A stretch of DNA of 59,363 bases from Candidatus Geothermarchaeota archaeon (lineage in GTDB: Archaea > Thermoproteota > Nitrososphaeria > Geothermarchaeales > JDFR-13). A program made the position numbers and the translations under genes. A model generated the notes under the pieces. That model had not been told where the DNA came from and did not search any database. It saw only the letters and a list, made by a program, of their open reading frames with translations. Every line of letters begins with the position of its first letter. Positions within the stretch are counted from its first letter, which is position 1. Positions 38,271 to 47,990 of this stretch are shown in pieces. The stretch covers positions 1-59,363 of the forward strand of contig WAKC01000015.1 in assembly GCA_015523605.1 (NCBI GenBank). The letters run 5' to 3'.

Positions 38271-39221
38271 ATGTCCAAATTGGTAAAATGCATGAGATGT
38301 GGTGAGAGAGAAGGAGAGATTGAACTTAGATATGCACGCCTAGTCCTATGTAAAGAATGTTTTACCGAATACTTTATAGACAGGATTAGGAAAACCGTCG
38401 AAGAATATAAGATGTTTAGTCCAGATGAGAGGATAGGCATTTCATATATGGCTGATAAGAAGTCAGTAGGACTCATATCTGGATTGATAGAGGCATTTCC
38501 AGAGACCGAGTTCCATATAATCTATATAGACCTTGGGACTACATTCTATACAATAGAAGCCAGAATACCCTTGGATGAACTAGTCCAAAAATATGGGGTA
38601 AAACTCCATGTCTACTCACTACCTAATGAGAAGGGTTATAACATTGAGGACTTCCGAGGAACAAAATATTGGAGAAAGATATGCAGTACATGTGGAATAC
38701 TGAAAAGATATTACACCTCATATGTGGCTTACCAACTAGGTCTAGACGCCGTGGCAACGCCCCACACACTTGATGACGTTGTCGAGGTAATGTTTACATT
38801 ATTTCTAGACGGAAAGTTTGAAGATCTTATAAACATGAAGCCAGTTCAACACCCAGAATTTCCAAATCAAGTTAGAAGGATAAAACCCCTCGTCAAAACA
38901 TATGAATGGGAAGTTGATGAATACGTAGATATAAAGGGACTACCTTATCCAGAGACTGAATGCCCACTCAAAAAAGGAGCAAGGTCAACCCTCAGGAAAA
39001 AGCTTTTAAAGGATTTCGAAGAATCAGAACCGGCATTTATGAGGAAACTCTATACAGTATTCATGAAGAAGCTTGTTAGACTTATAGAGGAGAGATACGA
39101 ACCACCTAAACTCGTAGAATGTAAGATATGTGGAGGACCAAGTCTATCAGGTATATGTGGAAAGTGTGTGCGTGAGGTATATCTGAGGGATAGGAAGAAA
39201 CTAGATATAAAAATAGGCTGA
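38271..39221 (+). CDS. TtuA/NcsA-family paralogue with a degenerate PP-loop (predicted non-adenylating)
   Basis: It is collinear with the 405..1352 product. Both zinc-finger pairs are kept (CMRC...CKEC and CKICGG...CGKC), as are CSTCG and ECP. ISYMADKKS replaces SGGKDS, and PHTLDD replaces GHNLDD. Confidence 0.75.
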   Translation: MSKLVKCMRCGEREGEIELRYARLVLCKECFTEYFIDRIRKTVEEYKMFSPDERIGISYMADKKSVGLISGLIEAFPETEFHIIYIDLGTTFYTIEARIPLDELVQKYGVKLHVYSLPNEKGYNIEDFRGTKYWRKICSTCGILKRYYTSYVAYQLGLDAVATPHTLDDVVEVMFTLFLDGKFEDLINMKPVQHPEFPNQVRRIKPLVKTYEWEVDEYVDIKGLPYPETECPLKKGARSTLRKKLLKDFEESEPAFMRKLYTVFMKKLVRLIEERYEPPKLVECKICGGPSLSGICGKCVREVYLRDRKKLDIKIG

Positions 39222-39225
39222 AAAA

Positions 39226-40578
39226 ATGGAGAAAATAACTTATAAACTTGATAAGACCGAAGTGGTTATACACTCTGGCTATAAAACCATCGGCGGAAAC
39301 ATTGTAGAGGTTAAATATCCAGATGGGTCACTGATATTCGATATAGGCCTAAATATAGGGTTACACAACCAATATTTCACTTGGCCCACAAAACCCCATA
39401 AAGGCATTGATGAACTTGTGAGTCTAGATATAGCTCCTAGGGTAGATGGGCTATATACAAGATGGCTAGATGAGGGGAGAACACCTGACATCGAATATGG
39501 GGTTGACACACATATAAACGGAGTATTCATAAGCCATCTACATCTAGACCACTATGGCCTGATAACCCAGTTAAACAGGAACATCCCAATCTACATGGGG
39601 GAAACGAGCCGTTATATAATGGAGGTCAAGATTAGACAAGCCCGAAACTATAGATATAACAATTATAAGGATCTACAGATTGACAAGACATTCAGAAATA
39701 AGAGTCATATAGTAATTGACGATATAAGGATAACCCCATATCACGTAGACCATAGTATACCAGGTGCATATTCATTCAAGATTGAGACGTTAGATGGGGT
39801 GATAATCTATACAGGCGACTATAGACTCCATGGCCAAGAAGAAAGCCTAACAATGGATTTCATAGAAGAATTAGAGGGTGAGGATATAGAGTTGTATATC
39901 ACGGAGGGGACTAGAGTACATGACGTCGAATACACGACCGAGATGGAGGTCAGAGAAAAATTAAAACATTTTATGGAGATGGAAGAGTCAAACCTAATCA
40001 TCGAATTCTCACCACTTGATATCGATAGATTCCTCTCTATCTTATCGGCAGCATATGAAACTGGAAGGAGTATCTACATGGATGAGAAATACTTCATCTA
40101 TCTAAGCAACTACTATATATACGATTCTAAATTGAGGAAGAAACTCGACAAATACGGCTATACAGATATTTGCAGGGGGCTGGTGGATATAGATAGGCTG
40201 AGAGATAGGAAGAGACGAGAATTGATAGAGGAAATTTCATCTTATATCGATTATATAGACCCTAGTGAATCTGGAGATATAGACATTATCCTAGGAATAG
40301 ACCGTGGGCTTGATATGTGTAAGGCAGGCAAACTTAAGAGGGATAAAATAGCTATATTCAGTAATTCTGAACCCTTTAATGAAGAGGGTGAGATAGACTT
40401 TAAAAAGACGATCAACTGGCTAACAAAATTCAATATCCCATCCTACAGGGTACACGCCAGTGGCCATATATCACCTATAGAGTTAAAGGATATAGTCAAT
40501 AGGCTTAAGCCGAGGGATATAATCGTCATACACTCCGAGTATCCAGAACTGATAAAAAATATGTTAGGTTATGAATAA
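39226..40578 (+). CDS. rnj: Archaeal RNase J (beta-CASP metallo-beta-lactamase 5'-3' exoribonuclease)
   Basis: HxHxDH motif ISHLHLDHYG, plus HVDHSIPGA, YTGDYR, TEGTR and HASGH. 450 aa. Confidence 0.85.
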   Translation: MEKITYKLDKTEVVIHSGYKTIGGNIVEVKYPDGSLIFDIGLNIGLHNQYFTWPTKPHKGIDELVSLDIAPRVDGLYTRWLDEGRTPDIEYGVDTHINGVFISHLHLDHYGLITQLNRNIPIYMGETSRYIMEVKIRQARNYRYNNYKDLQIDKTFRNKSHIVIDDIRITPYHVDHSIPGAYSFKIETLDGVIIYTGDYRLHGQEESLTMDFIEELEGEDIELYITEGTRVHDVEYTTEMEVREKLKHFMEMEESNLIIEFSPLDIDRFLSILSAAYETGRSIYMDEKYFIYLSNYYIYDSKLRKKLDKYGYTDICRGLVDIDRLRDRKRRELIEEISSYIDYIDPSESGDIDIILGIDRGLDMCKAGKLKRDKIAIFSNSEPFNEEGEIDFKKTINWLTKFNIPSYRVHASGHISPIELKDIVNRLKPRDIIVIHSEYPELIKNMLGYE

Positions 40579-41064
40579 CTATCTCTTATAACCTATCTTC
40601 CTCAGGAATTCATGCCTCTCTTTCTTATGAACCTCCTCCTCAACACCCTTACTCTTAAATCCATCCACCACTCCAAGAACAGCCCTACCCTGGTTGGTCT
40701 CAGCAACTATGAACTGGACTGGGTTACCGGTTGCAACCATTATATTTACAATCTCATCAACCTTTCTAATCTTATCCAGTACGTTAATTGGAAAAGCATT
40801 TTTAATAGCCACGATGAAGAAGTGACCTGCAGAGACCTTCTTGGCAACATCAACTGCAAAGTCAATCAACTCATCATCATTCCCATCATATCTAATCAGG
40901 ACATGACCACTCGCTTCACAAAAAGCGATTCCAAACTTTATATTAAGTGCTGAGGTCGCCAAGGCCTCATAAAGATCCTCGACAGTCTTTATAAAATGAC
41001 TGGTACCAGCGATTATATTTACCCCCTCAGGAAGCTTTACATCAATTACATGGAGTTCCACCAT
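40579..41064 (-). CDS. Adenosine-specific kinase family protein (PF04008-like)
   Basis: About 161 aa from [22 protein letters not shown]...[10 protein letters not shown]...PINVLDKIR matches my recollection of this archaeal family. Confidence 0.7.
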   Translation of the reverse strand: MVELHVIDVKLPEGVNIIAGTSHFIKTVEDLYEALATSALNIKFGIAFCEASGHVLIRYDGNDDELIDFAVDVAKKVSAGHFFIVAIKNAFPINVLDKIRKVDEIVNIMVATGNPVQFIVAETNQGRAVLGVVDGFKSKGVEEEVHKKERHEFLRKIGYKR

Positions 41065-41142
41065 GGAATAGCCACCCATATATATACATTATTAATTGAT
41101 GTGTTGAAATTAATTACTATACATTACATATAGGGGATTGAG

Positions 41143-42864
41143 GTGGAGAAGCTTACCTATGACCTTCTAATCATAGGAACAGGTTTAGCCGGTCTAAGAG
41201 CCGCCACCGCAGCAACCTTCTACAGTAAAGGAAAGCTTAGGATAGCCCTCATATCAAAACTATATGCCAATAGAAGCCATAGTGTAGCGGCCCAGGGTGG
41301 TACAGCAGCGGTCTTATATCCCAATGAGGGAGACAGCTATATCCTCCATGCATGGGATACTGTAAAAGGCTCAGACTTCCTAGCTGATCAAGACGCTGTA
41401 ATGGTATTAGTTAGAGAAGCTCCTAAAGAGATATACTTCCTCGAACATTGGGGGATGCCCTGGAATAGACGTGAAGACGGGAGGATAGACCAGAGGAAAT
41501 TTGGTGGACACAGCTTCCCAAGGGCAACATATGCAGTGGATAAAACTGGGCTCTTCGAGATGAAGACTCTATGGGGGATCATCCAAAAATACGATAATAT
41601 CGATGTATATCATGAACACTATGTCACAAATTTAATAGTAGAGAATAACAGGTTCAAGGGTGTCTTCGCAATAGATATGAAAACCGGTGAATTGAAGGTC
41701 TTCCTAGGAAAAGCCGGTATACTAGCAACTGGTATGGGCCTTAGAATGTATAAATTCACTACATACAGCCTCAGCCAGACTGGGGATGGAGGGGCGATAG
41801 CGTTAAGGGCGGGACTCCCATTAAAGGATATGGAGTTCGTCCAGTTCCATCCAACAGGCTTAGTACCATCGGGAATATTGGTTACAGAGGGTGCAAGAGG
41901 AGAAGGGGGACACCTCAAAAACAATAAGGGAGAGAGGTTTATGAAGAGATATGCCCCAGAGAGGATGGAGATAGCGCCTAGAGACGTGGTATCCAGGGCT
42001 GAGATGAGTGAGATCATAGAAGGTAGGGGTTTTGAAGGGCCTGAAGGCCTGGATTATGTCCATCTAGACCTCACCCATCTCGGGGCAGACCATATAAACT
42101 CCAAACTCCCACTGGTAAGGGAGGTTGCCATAAAATTTGCAGGGGTAGACCCAATACATGAGCCGATACCAGTAAGACCCGTCGCCCACTACCCAATGGG
42201 TGGCGTGAAGGTCTCATTATATGGTGAGACAGACATAGCAGGTTTATGGGCCGCTGGAGAGGTGGCAGCCGTAAGCGTGCATGGAGCCAATAGATTAGGG
42301 AGCAACTCAACAATAGAATGTCTAGTATGGGGGAGGATTACAGGAGAATTAGCCGCTAAATACCTCATGGATAAATCACCTAATGGCACCGTCACGGTAG
42401 ACTCTGAAGCCATAAAAAATGAGGAGAAATGGATATTCGACCAACTCATTGGAAAAGAAAGTGGGGAAGACCCATATCAGATTAGACGTGAACTGAGAGA
42501 TGTAATGGATAAGGATTTCTATGTCTTCCGTAATGGGAGGGATATGGAGGAAGGACTCAAAAAGATTAGAGAGTTGAGAGAGAGGAGTATGAATATGTAT
42601 GTAGCGGATAAATCCAGCGTGTACAATCTAGACTTGATATACACATTAGAGACATTTAACATGGTCCAAGTGGCCGAGGTGATAGCATTATCAGCTCTAA
42701 ATAGAACCGAGTCCAGGGGAGCGCATTACAGAACCGACTATCCAGAGAGAGACGATGAGAACTGGCTTAAACATACCCTCGTATACATGACAAAAGACGG
42801 TTTTGAGATAAAATATGAACCTGTTAGAATCTACCTTTGGAAACCTGTGGAGAGGAAATATTGA
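41143..42864 (+). CDS. sdhA: Succinate dehydrogenase/fumarate reductase flavoprotein subunit
   Basis: GTG start. FAD motif IIGTGLAG, covalent-FAD His in [15 protein letters not shown] and [14 protein letters not shown]. Confidence 0.95.
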   Translation: MEKLTYDLLIIGTGLAGLRAATAATFYSKGKLRIALISKLYANRSHSVAAQGGTAAVLYPNEGDSYILHAWDTVKGSDFLADQDAVMVLVREAPKEIYFLEHWGMPWNRREDGRIDQRKFGGHSFPRATYAVDKTGLFEMKTLWGIIQKYDNIDVYHEHYVTNLIVENNRFKGVFAIDMKTGELKVFLGKAGILATGMGLRMYKFTTYSLSQTGDGGAIALRAGLPLKDMEFVQFHPTGLVPSGILVTEGARGEGGHLKNNKGERFMKRYAPERMEIAPRDVVSRAEMSEIIEGRGFEGPEGLDYVHLDLTHLGADHINSKLPLVREVAIKFAGVDPIHEPIPVRPVAHYPMGGVKVSLYGETDIAGLWAAGEVAAVSVHGANRLGSNSTIECLVWGRITGELAAKYLMDKSPNGTVTVDSEAIKNEEKWIFDQLIGKESGEDPYQIRRELRDVMDKDFYVFRNGRDMEEGLKKIRELRERSMNMYVADKSSVYNLDLIYTLETFNMVQVAEVIALSALNRTESRGAHYRTDYPERDDENWLKHTLVYMTKDGFEIKYEPVRIYLWKPVERKY

Positions 42865-42868
42865 GGTG
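42863..42868 (+). promoter_or_regulatory. Shine-Dalgarno-like GAGGTG upstream of sdhC
   Basis: GAGGTG ends 5 nt before the ATG at 42874 and overlaps the sdhA stop codon. Confidence 0.45.
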
Positions 42869-42873
42869 GGAAA

Positions 42874-43314
42874 ATGGGTGAGAAGGAAGGTAGGAGAGGA
42901 ATCTTGGGATGGATCTTCCCAATAACAAATCTCGAAAGACTTCTATATACACTCCATAGAATAACTGGGATAGGATTGACTCTATATCTATTCATACATA
43001 TATATGAAACGAGTATGAGGATGTATGGATATGAGACTTGGACAGCTACAGCCGAATTCCTTGAAAACCCATTATTCCACTTCGGGCTACTCCTAGTGGT
43101 ATTGGCAGCCCTATTCCATGGAGCAAATGGTATAAGACTTATACTTCAAGAATTAGGGTTGATAGCTCCTAAACCTACACAGCCAGTATACCCATATAGA
43201 AAGTATCATAGAGACAGAAAGATCTGGATGACAACAATCCTGATGTTGATTCTGGGTGCAGGGGTAGCGGTCTTCGCCCTCCGAGACTTCCTCATCCTTC
43301 TGGGGGTGATGTAG
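42874..43314 (+). CDS. sdhC: Succinate dehydrogenase membrane anchor, cytochrome b subunit
   Basis: 146 aa with 3 TM helices. A candidate heme-ligand His lies in LHRITGIGLTLYLFIHI. It sits inside the sdh cluster. Confidence 0.8.
   Translation: MGEKEGRRGILGWIFPITNLERLLYTLHRITGIGLTLYLFIHIYETSMRMYGYETWTATAEFLENPLFHFGLLLVVLAALFHGANGIRLILQELGLIAPKPTQPVYPYRKYHRDRKIWMTTILMLILGAGVAVFALRDFLILLGVM
43303..43309 (+). promoter_or_regulatory. Shine-Dalgarno-like GGGGTGA upstream of sdhD
   Basis: It ends 5 nt before the ATG at 43315. Confidence 0.4.
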
Positions 43315-43656
43315 ATGGCAGATGGGAGATTAAGGCTTACAATATATTTCACAGGAGCCTTAATAGCGATACTACTTCTTATACACCTATCACTCTTCTC
43401 ATTCTGGTTCGTAGAGGGAGGATACTACACCAACATGGAATGGGAGAATGTCTCAGCCAGGATGGGTAACATATTATGGGATACATTCTACATAATCCTC
43501 TTATCAGCAGTATTACTACACTCATACAGCGGGATAAAGGGAATAGCATATGAATATATCACAAGTAGTGGGGGTAGGAGATTGATAGATGTTTTACTTA
43601 CTCTGATATGGCTCATAGCATTCGTATATGGTGTATTACCCATAATATCGGGTTAA
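43315..43656 (+). CDS. sdhD: Succinate dehydrogenase small membrane anchor subunit
   Basis: 113 aa with 3 TM helices. It starts immediately after the sdhC stop. Confidence 0.75.
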   Translation: MADGRLRLTIYFTGALIAILLLIHLSLFSFWFVEGGYYTNMEWENVSARMGNILWDTFYIILLSAVLLHSYSGIKGIAYEYITSSGGRRLIDVLLTLIWLIAFVYGVLPIISG

Positions 43657-43663
43657 GAGGTGG
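43657..43663 (+). promoter_or_regulatory. Shine-Dalgarno-like GAGGTGG upstream of sdhB
   Basis: It ends 4 nt before the ATG at 43668. Confidence 0.45.
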
Positions 43664-43667
43664 TTAG

Positions 43668-44540
43668 ATGGATAAGGTGAGATTCAAACTTAGGAGATGG
43701 GACCCCGAGAGGAAGACCTACCAGACATCAGAATATGAGATACCCGTCAGGAGGGGGATGACGGTATTAGACGGACTTATATGGATTAAAGAAAACATAG
43801 ATAGAACGGTAAGCTATAGAGCCAGCTGTAGAATGGGGCTATGTGGGAGTTGTGGAATGGTTATAAATGGTAAACCGATGCTTGCATGCGAAACCCAGAT
43901 ACTACATCTAGAGAGTAATAACGTAACTGTCGAACCACTCTATAACTACGAACCCATAAAAGACTTGGTAGCAGATTTCCACCAATTCTTCGAGAAACAG
44001 AGGACTATAAAACCATATCTAATTAGAGAAGATGTTGAAGAACAGATAAACCCCACAAGAGAATATATTCAGAGCCCAGAAGAATGGAATCTATACATCC
44101 AGTTTGCAATGTGTATAACATGTGGACTATGCTATTCAGCATGCCCCACAACAGCTACAGACCCTAAGTATTTGGGCCCCCAAGCCCTGATGAACCTATA
44201 TAGATTCTTTGCAGACTCTAGAGACCAGGCTGAACACCTAAGACTGGAGATAGCAGACCAAGTAGATGGGGTATGGGGATGCCACCTAGCAACAGGATGT
44301 TCCGAAGTATGTCCAAAAGGTGTAGACCCGGCACTTGCTATACAACTCCTCCGTAAAGAACTCCTCAAGAGGAGTCTAAAACTATACCGAGGTAAGAAGA
44401 TAAGTGAGTTGGCGCCACCACTCCCACCAAGGAATAAGAGTCCATATAGAGCCTTCGGTGAAGCCCCAGAATTCACAATAGAGAAGGCTGAGGAGAAGGC
44501 TAGGGAGTTCAACATACTTAAAGATGATAGAGTGAGGTAG
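43668..44540 (+). CDS. sdhB: Succinate dehydrogenase iron-sulfur subunit
   Basis: [2Fe-2S] motif CRMGLCGSCGMVINGKPMLAC, [4Fe-4S] motif CITCGLCYSACP, and third cluster motif CHLATGCSEVCP. It also has a C-terminal extension of about 50 aa. Confidence 0.93.
   Translation: MDKVRFKLRRWDPERKTYQTSEYEIPVRRGMTVLDGLIWIKENIDRTVSYRASCRMGLCGSCGMVINGKPMLACETQILHLESNNVTVEPLYNYEPIKDLVADFHQFFEKQRTIKPYLIREDVEEQINPTREYIQSPEEWNLYIQFAMCITCGLCYSACPTTATDPKYLGPQALMNLYRFFADSRDQAEHLRLEIADQVDGVWGCHLATGCSEVCPKGVDPALAIQLLRKELLKRSLKLYRGKKISELAPPLPPRNKSPYRAFGEAPEFTIEKAEEKAREFNILKDDRVR
44532..44538 (+). promoter_or_regulatory. Shine-Dalgarno-like GTGAGGT upstream of the 44549 ORF
   Basis: It lies inside the last codons of sdhB and ends 10 nt before the ATG at 44549. 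Confidence 0.35.
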
Positions 44541-44548
44541 TAAGATAG

Positions 44549-45586
44549 ATGCATCTAAACTGGAGGGGGAGAGTAGCCAGACATATACTTACATCCAATA
44601 CCCCCCTCCAAAATTTTTATGATCCGATCTATGGACATATAGGACATAAGATCCTTAAAAACTATTTAGAGGAGAGTTTGAAAAAACCCGATGTAACACT
44701 TTACACGGCTTTAGAGAAGATGGGGGAGAGATTGGGGCTAGATAGATATGGTTATACTCCCGCCCCAGTCAATGGATTAGAAGATGTAATTATATCCATA
44801 GACAGGGAGACTCCAAAGGGTAGCACAGCCTATATACTACCATGGTATCATCTAGAGGAGGAAGTCTATAGAACACTATATAGACCCTATTTCAAGATAC
44901 CTATTGAGGGTGTAAAGCCAAGAAGAGGTATACTACAGTATAACTATGAATATAACGGCATATACCATCTAAGAGTACCTGATAGGTATACCGGGGAGAT
45001 TTACATAGACCTTCTAAAGGAATATATCGAGACTATACTGGAGGTGGGGGGATACCTAATCATCGATATAACATATCTACATACACACGAGAATTACGAC
45101 GATATGAAGGCAAGGATAGTTAGCTTGGTAGAACCTATATCCAAGCATACATTATTCTATCTAGACCTATCAAGAGCATATATAGATCCAAAGTTTAATC
45201 TCTCGGTTGCATATGGGCCGGGACCCTTAATAGATATAACCATCAACCATAGAGGAGTAAACCAAATAGCCTTGATGGATGAAAAACCATCGATTGAATT
45301 ATTCACCATAGATCTCATTTGGAATGAATTCATCAAAAACGTGAAGGACATCCTAAAGGGTAAAAGAGATATATTGAAGAGTATAGGGATACAAGTCAAT
45401 CTAGAGTCGAGCTACACTACAACCATATCCTGCGACAATCCACTGGAATATGCCGAGAAACTCTTAAACGAGAATCTGATTGTCGAGCCTATAGAACAGC
45501 CCAAGAAAGGATTAACACTAGATCTATACACTGATACAGAGGTAAACGCGATAAAAGCCTTAGCTACACATCTGAAGGAAAGATAG
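44549..45586 (+). CDS. Aminotransferase class I/II-fold (HisC/CobD-like) protein lacking the Schiff-base lysine
   Basis: By eye, VPDRYTGE aligns to PNNPTG, GGYLIIDITY to xxIVxDEAY, and YLDLSRAYIDPKFNLSVAYG to TLSKAFxLAGLRxGY, with Arg-209 (AGA, 45173..45175) in the Lys position. The C-terminal small-domain pattern LTLDLYTDTEVNAIKAL is also present. Confidence 0.5.
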   Translation: MHLNWRGRVARHILTSNTPLQNFYDPIYGHIGHKILKNYLEESLKKPDVTLYTALEKMGERLGLDRYGYTPAPVNGLEDVIISIDRETPKGSTAYILPWYHLEEEVYRTLYRPYFKIPIEGVKPRRGILQYNYEYNGIYHLRVPDRYTGEIYIDLLKEYIETILEVGGYLIIDITYLHTHENYDDMKARIVSLVEPISKHTLFYLDLSRAYIDPKFNLSVAYGPGPLIDITINHRGVNQIALMDEKPSIELFTIDLIWNEFIKNVKDILKGKRDILKSIGIQVNLESSYTTTISCDNPLEYAEKLLNENLIVEPIEQPKKGLTLDLYTDTEVNAIKALATHLKER

Positions 45587-45588
45587 AG

Positions 45589-46260
45589 ATGACATACGAA
45601 GTCATTAAGAGGATAGAGAAGATTCTAAATTACCATCCAAGGGAATTCACTACATTATCTGCAGGAGTTGATATATTCGCGAAGGCGGTAGCAACAATAT
45701 TAAGTCAAAACACCAACGACAAAAATAGTATCGAGGCATTCAAACGGCTACAAAAAACCTTAAATATAAATCCTAGGGAAATATTGACGACTGAGGACAA
45801 TCTAATCATAGACGCGATAAGAATATCCGGACTATATGACCAGAAATTAAAGACTATTAAAAACTTGGCAAGAAAGGTGTTGGAAGACCTAGATGGGGAT
45901 CTAAGTAAACTAGCTAACATTAGCCTAGAAGACGCTAGGAACTGGCTAAAATCCATCCCAGGAATAGGCGATAAAACAGCGGATATTATACTCCTCCATC
46001 TCGGACACCCTACATTCCCCGTCGATACACACATATCCAGGATAACATGTAGACTAGGATTTACAAAGAGCAGGAAATATTGGGAAGTCTCGAAATACTG
46101 GCTCGAAAACCTACCTCCTGAAAAATATCTTGATGCACACCTCCTTCTAATCAAATTTGGTAGGGAGATATGTTCTAGTAGGAGACCCAAATGTGATAAA
46201 TGTGTTTTAAACGATATATGCAAATATTATAGAGAAGATGGTAAAGATTGTAAGACTTAA
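45589..46260 (+). CDS. nth: Endonuclease III (HhH-GPD DNA glycosylase/AP lyase, Fe-S)
   Basis: HhH motif IPGIGDKTADIILL (Lys present), catalytic Asp in PVDTHISRI, and the C-x6-C-x2-C-x5-C cluster CSSRRPKCDKCVLNDIC. Confidence 0.9.
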   Translation: MTYEVIKRIEKILNYHPREFTTLSAGVDIFAKAVATILSQNTNDKNSIEAFKRLQKTLNINPREILTTEDNLIIDAIRISGLYDQKLKTIKNLARKVLEDLDGDLSKLANISLEDARNWLKSIPGIGDKTADIILLHLGHPTFPVDTHISRITCRLGFTKSRKYWEVSKYWLENLPPEKYLDAHLLLIKFGREICSSRRPKCDKCVLNDICKYYREDGKDCKT

Positions 46261-47383
46261 AAAGAGAGTAGGAAAAATCAGAAGCACCATATATAGCAAA
46301 TGGGTCTTCGACGACGGGGGTGCAGAACCCGGAGACGAGGTGATTATAGAGACATACAATAGAGAAACTATTGGAATAGGTATTTATGATGGTGTAGGAG
46401 CTATATCTGTTAGAATCCTAAGTAGGGGAAGAATAAGGCCTGTAAGAGAAATACTTGAAGATAACATTCTAAAGGCATACCACCTCAGAAGGAAGTTTGG
46501 ATGGGACTCATATAGACTCGTATATTCCGATGCAGACGACCTCCCAGGCCTAATAATAGATGTATATGGTGATACAGCGGTCATCCAAAGCGGAAGCATT
46601 GGATTCGATAAATACCTCCATACATTAGCCGAGATACTGGATAAACACGGCATAGCATCCAAATCATACGTAAGGAATGACCAAAGAAGTAGGAGAGAGG
46701 TAGGCCTGGAGATATGGAGAGACTGGATCCATGGCAGAGGAGACGAGGAGATAATAATTTCGGAGGGCAGAGCTAGATACAAAGTAAATATTGAATTGGG
46801 CCATAAAACAGGTTTCTTTCTAGATCAGAGGATAAATCGGCTGGAGATAAAAAACTATAGTATGAAATCTCGAGTACTTGATTTATATAGCTATACTGGA
46901 GGATTCGGAATCCAAGCCCTATTACATGGAGCAGAAAAGGCGGTGTTTGTGGAGAAAGACCCACAAGCAATTGAATATCTAGAGGAGAATCTAAAGCTCA
47001 ATAATCTACAGAACCGACATATAGAGATCATAGAAGATGATGTATACCAGTTCCTCGATAGAGATGATGAGAGATATGGATTGATAACCGTAGACCCAAA
47101 CGCATTGATCCAGAGTAGAGACGAGATTAGAATAGGTGTCGAGAGATACCAAAATCTCTATTCCAAGGCATATGACAAACTTGAATATGGAGGAATAGCG
47201 TTCCTATCAAGCTGCAGCTACTTCCTAAAGCCTGACAAGTTCCTTGAGGTAATATCTAATCTAAACCCTAGACCACAGTTGCTGGGAAGGTTGAGAGGGG
47301 CTTCACCAGACCATCCATATAAACCCGATACTCCAGAACTACAGTATCTAAAGGCTATATACATCCGTAAAACTAGAGATTGA
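46238..47383 (+). CDS. PUA-domain class-I SAM-dependent RNA methyltransferase (RlmI-like m5C type)
   Basis: An N-terminal PUA-like segment and the SAM motif VLDLYSYTGGFGIQAL, 381 aa. It overlaps nth by 23 nt. Confidence 0.8.
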   Translation: MVKIVRLKKRVGKIRSTIYSKWVFDDGGAEPGDEVIIETYNRETIGIGIYDGVGAISVRILSRGRIRPVREILEDNILKAYHLRRKFGWDSYRLVYSDADDLPGLIIDVYGDTAVIQSGSIGFDKYLHTLAEILDKHGIASKSYVRNDQRSRREVGLEIWRDWIHGRGDEEIIISEGRARYKVNIELGHKTGFFLDQRINRLEIKNYSMKSRVLDLYSYTGGFGIQALLHGAEKAVFVEKDPQAIEYLEENLKLNNLQNRHIEIIEDDVYQFLDRDDERYGLITVDPNALIQSRDEIRIGVERYQNLYSKAYDKLEYGGIAFLSSCSYFLKPDKFLEVISNLNPRPQLLGRLRGASPDHPYKPDTPELQYLKAIYIRKTRD

Positions 47384-47385
47384 GT

Positions 47386-47895
47386 CTACATTATCTGGAG
47401 TGATTCAACAAACTCTAAATTCTTAATCTCGTTTAAAACGTCTCCTGGTACATCTCCTTCAACAACTATATACATTTTCTGGAGGTCCATGAGTTGGGGG
47501 GCCTCAGCAATTATCTGAACAATATTTATATTTCTCTTAGCCAATATCGTTGAGACACCAGCTATAATTCCCGGCTGATCCCTCGTCGGAATAATTACCA
47601 AGACAGTATAACCTATATCCCTTGCAACATCTTTTAAAAATGGTCCAGCTGGAAGAAGTCTACTGAAGAATCGCCTAAGGAAATCATTCTCCTCAATAGA
47701 TTTTATAGCTGAGGCTACGACACGTCTATCAACACCAGCAACCTCAGCCAAGGAACTAAAAGGAATTCTAATCTCACCAAGATATACCTGACCATCCCTA
47801 ACAGACAAACCATATTTTACAAGAAGATCAATAACAGCCTTCTGAGCAGGCTTATCCCTAAAAGACTCCCACAACATCTCAAGAAGGTTAATCAT
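47386..47895 (-). CDS. ACT-domain regulator of amino-acid metabolism (COG2150 type)
   Basis: An N-terminal wHTH-like part plus a C-terminal ACT pattern VLVIIPTRDQPGIIAGVSTILAKRNINIVQI. Confidence 0.75.
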   Translation of the reverse strand: MINLLEMLWESFRDKPAQKAVIDLLVKYGLSVRDGQVYLGEIRIPFSSLAEVAGVDRRVVASAIKSIEENDFLRRFFSRLLPAGPFLKDVARDIGYTVLVIIPTRDQPGIIAGVSTILAKRNINIVQIIAEAPQLMDLQKMYIVVEGDVPGDVLNEIKNLEFVESLQIM

Positions 47896-47990
47896 GAATA
47901 TTCATATTCGGAGAATACATTTATATATTCAATCATGTAGTATACAGTTCAAAAATGTTTATATATAGACTATAATGTATATTTTTATAC

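Noticed and set aside
45705-46223. This is a 172-aa ORF antisense to endonuclease III. Similar long antisense ORFs occur at 20327..20758, 34270..34698, 44132..44554, 9548..9952, 10403..10777, 46384..46782, 41619..42017 and 3264..3587.
   Set aside because: All lie entirely inside strongly supported genes on the opposite strand. Their translations are low-complexity Ser/Leu/Ile/Pro-rich strings without motifs. Purine-rich sense strands in this genome deplete stop codons on the antisense frame, so these are shadow ORFs.
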